A DNA stretch of 64,000 nucleotides from Bugula neritina (lineage: Eukaryota > Animalia > Bryozoa). This document shows, one piece after another, positions 53,001 through 64,000 of this stretch. Within the stretch, counting starts at the first letter, position 1, and the number at the start of each line of letters is the position of its first letter. The notes below the pieces were generated by a model. It was given only the letters and a program-made list of their open reading frames with translations, searched no databases and was not told where the DNA came from. The position numbers were made by a program, and so were the translations under genes. The stretch lies in the NCBI GenBank assembly GCA_964035545.1, contig OZ037771.1, positions 383,628-447,627 on the forward strand, written 5' to 3'.

Positions 53001-56000
53001 TACCCCTCTACCCCCCTCTTTCCCATCTTAACAACCTAAGGCTAAAGCGGCTAACTCGCTCAGTAATTTGTTGCTCGAGTGCCAATTAAATGAGCTATGA
53101 TGTAGTTGACAACGTGTATATTTTTAAACAATGCTATGGGAATGACGTAAGCTAAGAACACATCAATCTCTAAATATTCATGTGAATTAATAACTCTGGG
53201 CGTAATCACGGACAGGCCTACCACAAAAAACTCATCTCCAAGGTGTTTCTATTTAATCCAATTGTCTTTTGGTGCTAATTGGTGCATTAATACTGTTGTC
53301 TTTATGAAGCCATTATCTAGTAGCATGGCAGTCTGCCTGCTCTCTGGCAACTACTCTCTGGCAACTGTATAAAATTAAAATTAGTCTGACTAATGATTGG
53401 TGGATGGCTATTACAACCTCCCAGGAACTGTCTGCGTTGACACACCCACACTGTGTGAAGGGCAGAACCTATCTGCAAGGGGATTAATCATGTTCAAGGG
53501 TCAGCAATTAATCTGCCTACATCTGCTCCTTCCCATTAGCTATGTTCATCTCTCTATCTTCTTCTCCACCACTCCTCCACTTACTGCTCACTAGTCAAGA
53601 AGGCACTATCAAACATCATTGTACACCCAATTCTTTCGTTCAGATTATTGTTTACCATACATCTGTGCATAATTCATCAAATATAAATTCATATGTCCTC
53701 AGCCAAACTCCCCCCCTCTCCATATGGGTTTCCCCCAGACCTGACATGTCGTCCCCCTCCATATGGGTTTCCCCCAGACATAACATCATAACATGGGCAT
53801 TCCCTTCCATATGGGCATTCTCCAGACACAGGCATTCCCTGCCAATTCTGCTACAGTCTCCTGAACACTATATTCCTGCCCTCATCTGCTAGCTTATGAT
53901 CTGATTGCACTTGTATATGTTATGGTTATCTCTAGTTTATTTCCTGTAGCAAAGGTTAAAATGCTGAAACTAGTAACATCATCATCGCCATTTTCTAAAC
54001 TTCTTGTCTGATGTATGCATAAATTAGGAGTTGTCTCTCCACCTCCTACTTAATCTGTGTACTGGGAGTTGTGTTCTTCCTCCATATCTTACGTTGCTTA
54101 CCTAGAAATGTTATTGATGTATTTCTTGCATTTCCTCATTGTTGATAGTGTTTTGCAATGAGCAATGGTTTGTTTACAGTAGTAAAAGATTCACCAGGGT
54201 AAGTTGCTCAGCTGCTATTCCTCATAAACTGATTTCTGAAACTCTGTAGCCTGTGCTCCAAACAAAAGCACGTCTAGGCATATTACGTAGTACAACACTT
54301 AGAAGTCAGTTTATGGTAGCAGGTGCTTGGGTTAGATGGTGGGAGACGCAGCATGTCTAGTTCTAAATAGCCCAAGTTTCCTTAACGCTAGTTGCAACAG
54401 CTTCAGGCAGGGCTATGCAATCCTTCTTACTGCTTCAATTTTACTAATTATCTACTATCCACTAATTCTTGAGATTTATCTAGTTACTTCTGCAACTTTC
54501 TGAATTATTCATTACAGTATATTACTGTATTACTGTATTACAGCATAATACAGTATATTACAGTATTACTGTATTACAGCATAATACAGTATATTACAGT
54601 ATATATTACAGTATATTGCAGTATATTACAGTATTACTGTATTACAGTATCTTACATTATCTTACAGTATATTGCAGTATATTACAGTATATATTACAGT
54701 AGTATTTTATTACAGTATCTTACAGTATATTACAGCATATTACAGTATATATTACAGTATATTACAGTATATATTACAGTATATATTACAGTATATTACA
54801 GTATATATTACAGTATATATTACAGTATATTACAGTATATATTACAGTATATTACAGTATATATTACAGTATATATTACAGTATATTACAGTATATATTA
54901 CAGTATATTACAGTATATATTACAGTATATTACAGTATATATTACAGTATATATTACAGTATATTACAGTATATATTACAGTATATATTACAGTATATTA
55001 CAGTATATATTACAGTATATATTACAGTATATTACAGTATATATTACAGTATATTACAGTATATATTACAGTATATTACAGTATATATTACAGTATATAT
55101 TACAGTATATTACAGTATATATTACAGTATATATTACAGTATATTACAGTATATATTACAGTATATATTACAGTATATTACAGTATATTACAGTATATAT
55201 TACAGTATATTGCAGTATATTACAGTATATATTACAGTATATATTACAGTATATTTTAGTATATTACAGTATATATTACTATATTACTTTCAGATAGGAG
55301 TAACATTGCTGATGACTGCATGCATACACGGCAACCCTCTGCTGGTCAGAACTCTCATAGAGGAAGGTGCTGCCGTCAATGCTGCTGATAACGTAAGTCA
55401 GCCTCAGTACCTCTCTTCAGGTTAGCTATCAGCTAGCTAGTTTACTCAGTAGGGAGTTGTTGTCTCCATGCTATACATAACCCACTTTACAATAGTCAGC
55501 TGTAACCTTCTCTGTCCACCTTAGGTCCAGCCTACTTGCTCTCTTGTGTTGAATATATCATATATATGTATATATAACACTCCCTGAGGAAAACCAAACT
55601 CCTGCATTATATAGACTGGTTAATCTATTGGCTTTTTGCTGTGACTTTTTACTGTGACTTTTCAGTATGACCTTTCAGTGTGACCTTGACCTGTGGTTCT
55701 CAGTGTAATAACATACTCCATACATGTAACTAACTAATACTACATTCTAATCTTGTCATTTCCCTGCTGTCCATAAAAGAGTTTTCCTAAATTTACTAGA
55801 ATCATTCATGCCTAGAAGAACTTTATGCAGCTGGTTATCCTATTGGTCAATCACTAGCCAATCAAGTCACTTGAATATGGGATGCTCATTGCAGCTAAAT
55901 ATCACAATTATTTGCTAACTGACTGGAGACCACACTTCTCTTTATTTATATTTTTTGTGTAATGAAATAATTCTCAAATTTAAAATAAAAATTAAAAATG

Positions 56001-59000
56001 GACGCTGAGCGTAAGCTCAACACAATATCTGCTGGGATAGGATCCTTAGCTAAGGGCTCAACTGATGCTATCATAAATATCAGCTTAAAAACTAATCAGG
56101 TATTCTATCACTTGGCTCATCTCTTAACTGGGCGTAATACAGATATACAATACACTTCACACGTTTATCTTATATAATCTTGTAATACATCATATTGTAT
56201 TACTGAATATGTATATTACTGAATATATATTACTGAACATGTATATTACTGAACATATATTACTGAATATGTATATTACTGAACATGTATATTACTGAAT
56301 ATATATTACTGAACATATATTACTGAATATATATTACTGAATATTGCTCTCTGCAGGACCATTGGACTGCCCTCATGTATGCCTGTAGAGATGGGAAGGC
56401 GGAGATTGTGAGTCAACTTCTCGACTCTAACGCAGACACCGAGAGGCGTGATCTTGTATGTTCTAGTATATTCTAGTTTTATAACTATACATACTGTATT
56501 ACTAGACGCATTACTAGACGTATTACTAGATGCATTACTAGACGTATTACTAGACGTATGACATTGTGTGTACAGGGCGGCTGGACTGCTCTCATGTGGG
56601 CCTGTTACAAGGGTCATGCAGACTGTGCTGGAGAAATGATCAGACGAGGTGCAAACGTCAACATCAAAGCCATGGTAAGTGCTGCTCATTATGTTATATA
56701 TTATAATTATTATGTTATGTATTATTATGTTATATGATGTTATGTTACATTATGTTATATATTATATTATGTTGTATTAGGTTATTGTATATATTATGTT
56801 ATGTATTATTATATTATGTTATTTTATATTGTTTTATATTTTGTTATATATTATATTACGTTATATTATGTTATGTTATGCTATATTTTGTTATATTATG
56901 TTATACTGTGTTATGTTATAATATATTATATTATGTTAAACTATATTATATTTTCCCAACATCTCACAATTACTAGTCAGCTCTCTTCTAACTCTATAGT
57001 GTTGCTGTTTTACTATTTTATTATATCTCTCAGCATAACATGACCTGTCTCCACTGGGCTGCCGGCAGAGGTCATCTAGAGATTGTTGATCTGTTGCTGA
57101 GTAACGATGCCAAGGTCGACTCCACTGATAAAGTACGTTATACATATACTGCATACGTATATTATATCATATGCTGTATACATATATTATATGATATACT
57201 GCATACATATATTATATCATATACTGCATACATATATTATATCATATACTGCATACATATATTATATCATATACTGCATACATAATTATATTATATCATA
57301 TACTGCATACATATATTATATCATATACTGCATACATATATTATATGATATACTGTATACATATATTATATCATATACTGCATACGTATATTATCATCAT
57401 TATTATTGAAACTCTTTGTTGTCTGATTTCTCTGGTTATTCCTTTGATGCAGTTGGCAGTGTAACTTCTGCTTTCCTGCTGTATCACTGCTCTTGTCATG
57501 TCTCACAGAACTGTAGATAAATTACCAATATAGCATAATTAATTATACTTTATTCTTCTAATCATGAGAGTTATTGCCATTCTTGTCATACCTTGTTTAC
57601 TTTATCTTCTTGAAATATACGCTCCTATACCAGCTAGAACTCCTATACCAGCCAGAACGGCTTTTTATAAGAAAATATTAAACCATTTAAACTTATTTTT
57701 AGTGCTTAAATGGTGACAGGTGTCTAATTCATCAAAAATCCTAATTAATTGTGTTATGAAATATGAATTTGTAGATAGATTTGACTGCAGCAAGAATCTC
57801 ATTAGAACAAGTGTACACGTTTTTCGGTGTCAATATAAAATTGTTTGTGAATTTCTGATGCAATTGAAAACATATTTTGTATTTTGCTTAATCAAATCGA
57901 GTATGTGAATCCTCAGCCAGTACCTGCTGTGTGTCGCCAACAAGTACCTGCTGTGTGTCATCAACAAGTGCCTGCTGTGTGTCATCAACAAGTACCTGCT
58001 GTGTGTCGTCAACAAGTACCTGCTGTGTGTCACCAACAAGTACCTGCTGTGTGTCATCAACAAGTACCTGCTGTGTGTCATCAACAAGTACCTGCTGTGT
58101 GTCACCAAAAAGTACCTGCTGTGTGTCGTCAACAAGTACTTGCTGTGTGTCACCAACAAGTACCTGCTGTGTGTCATCAACAAGTACCTGCTGTGTGTCA
58201 TCAACAAATACTTCCTATCTGTCATCAACAAATACTTCCTATGTGTCATTTCGGATGTAATGTAATATTTATCTCTGCCGTAACATGTTTTAGTACGGAA
58301 GCACACCCCTTATATGGGCATGTAGAAAAGGTTTTACTGGAATAGTTACAGCTCTGATCGCACTGGGAGCCTCAGTAGATGCTGTAGGAATGGTGAGTCA
58401 GCTAAAAATGCTGCCAGTTTGCCTCCTACTTCTTTTTCACAACGTGCTTTAAGGTTTACGATTATCTAAGCTGCATTACAGCTGGATACTGGAAGAGAAA
58501 TGTTCAAGTGTTGAAATTGTTTGTACACAAGTTTTGTATAGCAATGGGATTTCATTTTTGCTATATGCTCTGGTAGATCGTCATATGTTATGATATCATC
58601 ATATAATTGTCATATATCCTGATATATTGTCATATATCCTGATATATTGCCACAAGTTATGGTATATTGTCATATAGCAAGATGCATACTTTTAGTAATT
58701 CTGTTGAAATGTTGAATGGTGTTGTTTACCCTTCAGTACTCCTGGACCCCTCTCTTACTCGCCCTCCAAGGTGGTCATATAGACGTAGCCAAGTGTATTC
58801 TCCAGCACTCGCCTAATCTAAATGCCACTGATAAGGTGAGTGTAGTACACGTGTACTGTGTGTACATACATACACAGTACACCTGTCTCTCAGAACTGCA
58901 CCAGATGATGGATTGTGGGAGATGAAAGCTGATAATGGGTTTATTGACACCCGACACTGTCTAACAGGTGTTAATACTCCGTTTACTGCTCCTTTAGGGT

Positions 59001-62000
59001 CACATTTATTATATCTACAGCTAATGCAATCAGGATATATCTTACCCATATCTATGTGTAACTTACTCTTGTGTCGGTGTGTAAGTTACTCTTGTCTTTC
59101 TGTAACGTACTCTTGTCTTTCTGTAACGTACTCTTGTCTTTCTGTAACTTACTCTTGTCTTTCTGTAACTTACTCTTGTCTTTCTGTAACTTACTCTTGT
59201 CTTTCTGTAACTTACTCTTGTCTTTCTGTAACTTACTCTTGTCTTTCTGTAACGTACTCTTGTCTTTCTGTAACTTACTCTTGTGTCGGTGTGTAAGTTA
59301 CTCTTGTCTTTCTGTAACGTACTCTTGTCTTTCTGTAACTTACTCTTGTCTTTCTGTAACTTACTCTTGTCACTCCGTAACTTACTTTTGTCACTCCGTA
59401 ACTTACTCTTGTGTCTTGCGCAGCTTTATTTTTATAATAATTTTATCAATCATGTCATCTATTCAACCCCTGCCTGCTCATCTATATTTCAACTAAGTTG
59501 TTGAATTACATTCACTTTTCCTTATTGAAGGTATGCAATTTTTATTGAATTGATCTTTTATTACAAATCAATAGGAGATATTTGAAGCATGCCCCAGCCT
59601 ATCTCTCACAATAGCTGAGTGATCACCAACTAAGCAGCTGATAATGGCTGTTATGTAATGCTGAGCCCAGATAAAATCTGTTTTGTAATTTGCTCCAGCG
59701 ACTCAAGTGTTGCAGGTTTTGCATCTCTTTGAAAATTACTCGGCAATCAAAGAGAACTCAGATTTCTAATAAACAATTTTTCCTGCTATTATTGTGACAT
59801 GTATATCCTATATATATAGGATATACATGTCACATGTCCTATATATCCTCATGTATATCCTATCATGTATATCCTATATCTATTATCTACCCTGGAGTAT
59901 AAGGAAGTATAGCTCTACATATATTTCCTAACTCTGTTATATATTTCATACCCGGACAGAGGCTACCTGTAACTTACCTGTACGTTACCTGTAGCTTACC
60001 TGATGGTGTTACTAGCGGCTTTAGGTAACTGTAGTGTGTATGTGAGAGAGAGCTGTAGTGTGTATGTAGTAAGAGATAGCTGTAGTGTGTCTGTAGTAAG
60101 AGAGAGCTGTAGTGTGTATGTAGTAAGAGAGAGCTGTAGTGTGTATGTAGTAAGAGATAGCTGTAGCGTGTATGTGGGAAGAGCTAGCCATAGTGTGTGT
60201 ATTCTATATGTAGGCTGGAATGACAGCCCTGGCGTTGGCAGCGAAGGGTGGCTACGATGAAATTGTCACAGAGCTGCTGGACCAGGGAGCCTACCTCAAT
60301 GTCTTAGACAAGGTGAACAATTCACACGCTCTACCATTGTGTTGTTTCTGTAGAAATTATAATTATTGTAACAGTACTGTGTTATGTTGATGATACTGTT
60401 GTGGTATATTTATTTGTATAATATTATTCTGTATCACGCTGGCTGCACATGTGTTATGGGGACCTGTATCTGGTAGTTTATGTGTTACAGAATGGAGACT
60501 CTGTTCTACATCACGCAGTCAAGGGCGGCCATATTGATATCGTAAAGGTTCTCCTTAGAAAGAATCCAGATATTGATGCTGGCGGGCAGGTTAGCTGTTT
60601 ATATGCACTCACTACTTTGTATACTCTACTCTGTATACTTTGGATACTCTACTCTGTATACTCTGTATACTCTACTCTGTATACTCTCTACTCTGTATAC
60701 TCACTACTCTGTGTACTCACTACTCTGTATACTCACTACTCTGTATACTCTACTCTGTATACTCTCTACTCTGTATACTCTACTCTGTATACTCACTACT
60801 CTGTATACTCACTACTCTATATACTCACTACTCTGTATACTCTACTCTGTATACTCTACTCTATATACTCACTACTCTGTATACTCACTACTCTGTATAC
60901 TCACTATTTCACTGTTACTATTTCACTGATACTATCTCACTATTGCTATTTCACTGTTACTATTTCACTGTTTCATCTCTTTCTGTTTGTAGGATGGTAA
61001 AACAGTTTTACATTTAGCTGTAGAGAAAGGAAACACAGTTTTGGTAAAACTTCTCCTCTCAGTTGATGCTGACAAAGAGGTTTCTGACAAGGTCTGTAGC
61101 CTGTGGTCTCTCTATACTGGCATCTCCCTGTAGCCTGTGGTCTCTCTATACTATTATCTCTCTTTAGCCTGTGGTCTCTCTATACTGATATCTCTCTGTA
61201 GCCTGTGGTCCCTCTATACTGGTATCTTTCTGTAGCCTGTGGTCTCTCTATACTGATATCTTCTAGCAGTGGCAGTAATAATAGTTGTGTATGTTATGTC
61301 ATATGTTGTGTATTTACTTTTTATTTACTTTGTTTAGGATGGAAACACCCCTCTATTACGGGCTGTTCGGAATCGTAATTGTGAGATGGCGGCCATGTTG
61401 GTTGAGAAGGGGTCAAGGGTTGCTGCTGCTGACTCGGTGTGTTCACAATATTACCGACCTACCAATGGTTACCATGGTTACATATTACTAGTGTTTATCT
61501 TATGTCACAACAGTGCTTACTAACCAATATACTCTGTATAACTGGTGTTTACTGCTGCTCATTGGCTGATATAGTATGTTATCAGAGTGCTGATTGGCTA
61601 ACAGGATGTATAATGACTTGTAGAAAGGCGACACTAGTCTACACGTGGCAATGAAGGCGAGAAACCGTAAGATGTTGGAGGTGCTGTTGAAGAACCCCAA
61701 ACACTCGCGATATCTGTACATCCGTAACCACTGTGGTGAAACCCCGTACAACATAGACAGGGGCTACAAGAAGAGCCTCCTCTCTCATATCTTTGGTGCT
61801 CGTGAGTTCTCAGGCTACCAGTATCTACAGTGTATCAGTCAGCAGGTAACTTCCTGTTCGTATGCTCAGCACAGGACCATGACGTGCATTGTTTTGTAGG
61901 CTCTTTGAACTCCCAGAATGCGGTAGAGTCGCAGCTAGGCTACGAGCTATACAGCTCAGCGTTAGCGGACATCCTCAGTAGCCCCACCCTCAACACCCCC

Positions 62001-63891
62001 ATGTCCGTGGGTCTCTTTGCTAAGTGGGGCAGCGGCAAGTCTTTCCTGCTCAACAAACTTAAGGGTGGGTTACAGTTATTAGTACTTATATATGATATAA
62101 TAATACTTTAGAATGTAATATGAAAGTATATATTAGTTCTATCTGTTTCTATAACTATTTCTGCAGTGGATATGAAGGTGTTATATTTGTGCAGTGGATA
62201 TGAAGGTGTTATATTTGTGCAGTGGATATGAAGGTGTTATATTTCTGCAGTGGATATAAAGGTGTTATATCTGTGCAGTGGATATGAAGGTGTTATATTT
62301 CTGCAGTGGATATAAAGGTGTTATATTTCTGCAGTGGATATGAAGGCGTATATGAAACACTCTCCCCAGGTCTACTTCCAGTTCTCTTGGCTCGTGTTTA
62401 TCATCAACTTCACTCTCAGCATGCTGATTGGTCTGCTGCTTGCTGGTGCCATTGGCTGGCTGGTGGGGCTGAGTGTTGGCAGCGGTCTGTTTCTTCTACT
62501 CTACGTACTGCAAGGTAAGTGTCTACTCTACGTACTGCAAGGTAAGTGTCTACTCTACGTACTGCAAGGTAAGTGTCTACTCTACGTACTGCAAGGTAAG
62601 TGTCTACTCTACGTACTGCAAGGTAAGTGTTTACTTCACGTACTGCAAGGTAAGTGTCTACTCTACGTACTGCAAGGTAAGTGTTTACTTCACGTACTGC
62701 AAGGTAAGTGTCTACTCTACGTACTGCAAGGTAAGTGTCTACTCTACGTACTGCAAGGTCAGTGTGTATAACTGTATATGAATGTTGTAGGAGTTCTCTA
62801 CTGTCTCAACACTAAGAAGAACTGGGAGTGGGTGAATCACATCTCACACTCCGTAGCCAAGAAACTTCAGAAGCTAAGGCTATTGATGTACCTGTTCTTT
62901 TATAACAGGCAGCCGGCAGCTCTGAGTGATGACGCTGACTACTCTTCCATCAGGTGTGTACATTACCTGTACCTGTAGAGTTAGTAGTTGCATTACCTGT
63001 ACCTGTAGAGTTAGTAGTTACATTACCTGTACCTGTAGAGTTAGTAGTTACATTACCTGTACCTGTAGAGTTAGTAGTTACATTACCTGAACCTGTAGAG
63101 TTAGTAGTTACATTACCTGTACCTGTAGACTTAGTAGTTGCATTACCTGTACCTGTAGAGTTAGTAGTTACATTACCTGTACCTGTAGAGTTAGTAGTTG
63201 CATTACCTGTACCTGTAGAGTTAGTAGTTACATTACCTGTACCTGTAGAGTTAGTAGTTACATTACCTGTATCTGTACCTGTAGAGTTAGTAGTTACATT
63301 ACCTGTACCTGTAGAGTTAGTAGTTACATTACCTGTACCTGTAGAGTTAGTAGTTGCATTACTGTAGTCACACATGTGCGCTACAGCTTCATATACAATT
63401 CTGCAGCTTTATATTTGCTGAGAGCACGAAGCTGACCAGCTTGGGAGGAGAGCAGTCTCTCTCGTCTATGATTGGCTCGTTGTTTGACGAATTGGAAAGG
63501 AAGTATGGAACCTGGGTTACCAGATTATACAAAGTATTCAGTTCAGATAACGGTAAGTGACAACTGAAAGGTTAGTTTCATTCAACATAATATGCTCTGT
63601 ATCAACATTTAACTTGCTCTATTCAACGTATAACTTACTATACTCAGTCTATAACTTGCTCTATTCAACGTATAACTTACTCTATTCAACGTATAACTTG
63701 CTCTATTCAACGTATAACTTACTATACTCAGTCTATAACTTGCTCTATTCAACGTAATACTTTATATTGTAGAACAAAAAGGACGGTTCAAAAGTCTATG
63801 CTGTATCCCATATTTTGTTATTGTCATATTTGTTTTGGCGTGCTTTGTGTCTGGGATTGGACTTATTTGGTCTCATCCTAATATAAAGAAA
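50091..63891 (+). CDS. KIDINS220: Kinase D-interacting substrate 220 kDa (ankyrin repeats + KAP P-loop NTPase + transmembrane segments), 3'-partial
   Basis: Exons 50091-50185 and 52601-52700; ten 99-nt phase-0 ankyrin exons (starting 55294, 56357, 56576, 57034, 58294, 58737, 60214, 60491, 60993, 61338); then [66 protein letters not shown] segments, [18 protein letters not shown]. Confidence 0.94.
50527..50942. repeat. 22-bp minisatellite (TATATAATGTAGTGTGTGCTAT)
   Basis: About 19 copies. Confidence 0.93.
54510..55285. repeat. 11/13-bp repeat (TATTACAGTAT[AT]) abutting the KIDINS220 acceptor at 55293
   Basis: About 60 copies, each containing TACAG. Confidence 0.95.
57918..58250. repeat. 24-bp minisatellite (CAACAAGTACCTGCTGTGTGTCAT)
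   Basis: About 13 copies in a KIDINS220 intron. Confidence 0.95.
59058..59412. repeat. 21-bp minisatellite (TGTAACTTACTCTTGTCTTTC)
   Basis: About 16 copies. Confidence 0.93.
62161..62346. repeat. 28-bp acceptor-duplication array in KIDINS220
   Basis: GCAG|TGGATAT at 62166, 62194, 62222, 62250, 62278, 62306 and the real site at 62334. Confidence 0.95.
62495..62760. repeat. 27-bp in-frame donor-duplication array in KIDINS220
   Basis: CAAG|GT at 62515+27n (n=0..9). Confidence 0.95.
62960..63362. repeat. 30-bp minisatellite (CATTACCTGTACCTGTAGAGTTAGTAGTTA)
   Basis: About 13 copies filling a KIDINS220 intron. Confidence 0.95.
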
Positions 63892-64000
63892 GTAAGTGAA
63901 ATGTTAAATATATTCATTCTGTTTTATATAATTCTGTATTTTGAGAAATATTTTATCTATAAACAGAAGCTAGTGTAGTATATGTACTATCACCTTTTAC

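Noticed and set aside
57830-58345. Cys/Gln-rich repeat ORFs (QQVPAVCH)n
   Set aside because: 24-bp intronic minisatellite; the real exon is 58294-58392.
62950-63375. Mucin- or antifreeze-like ORF ([10 protein letters not shown])n on the minus strand
   Set aside because: Antisense reading of a 30-bp intronic array bounded by KIDINS220 splice sites.

Overview
AT-rich animal genomic DNA with spliceosomal introns; probably an invertebrate spiralian (inferred from the COQ2 exon pair and a U12-type intron, species not determinable). Nine protein-coding genes can be spliced by hand: HAND bHLH (-, runs off the left edge), TBCK (-), CHMP6/VPS20 (+), CUL4 (-), RPL21 (-), USP12/46 (+), an unrecognised 241-aa secreted Cys-rich protein (-), COQ2 (-) and KIDINS220 (+, runs off the right edge). 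Most long ORFs in the six-frame track are translations of intronic minisatellites. Main observations: (1) COQ2 has two tandem 134-nt mutually exclusive exons, one with the ubiquinone residues (F/A) and one with the rhodoquinone residues (L/S). (2) In at least 12 introns the tandem array is a copy of the gene's own splice junction, giving 2 to about 48 decoy donors or acceptors per intron. Two of these arrays are in frame, and one 693-nt intron is almost entirely copies of its upstream exon end. (3) TBCK has a U12-type intron. (4) The orphan secreted gene. (5) A head-to-head RPL21-USP12 pair that, from recall, mirrors the human arrangement.
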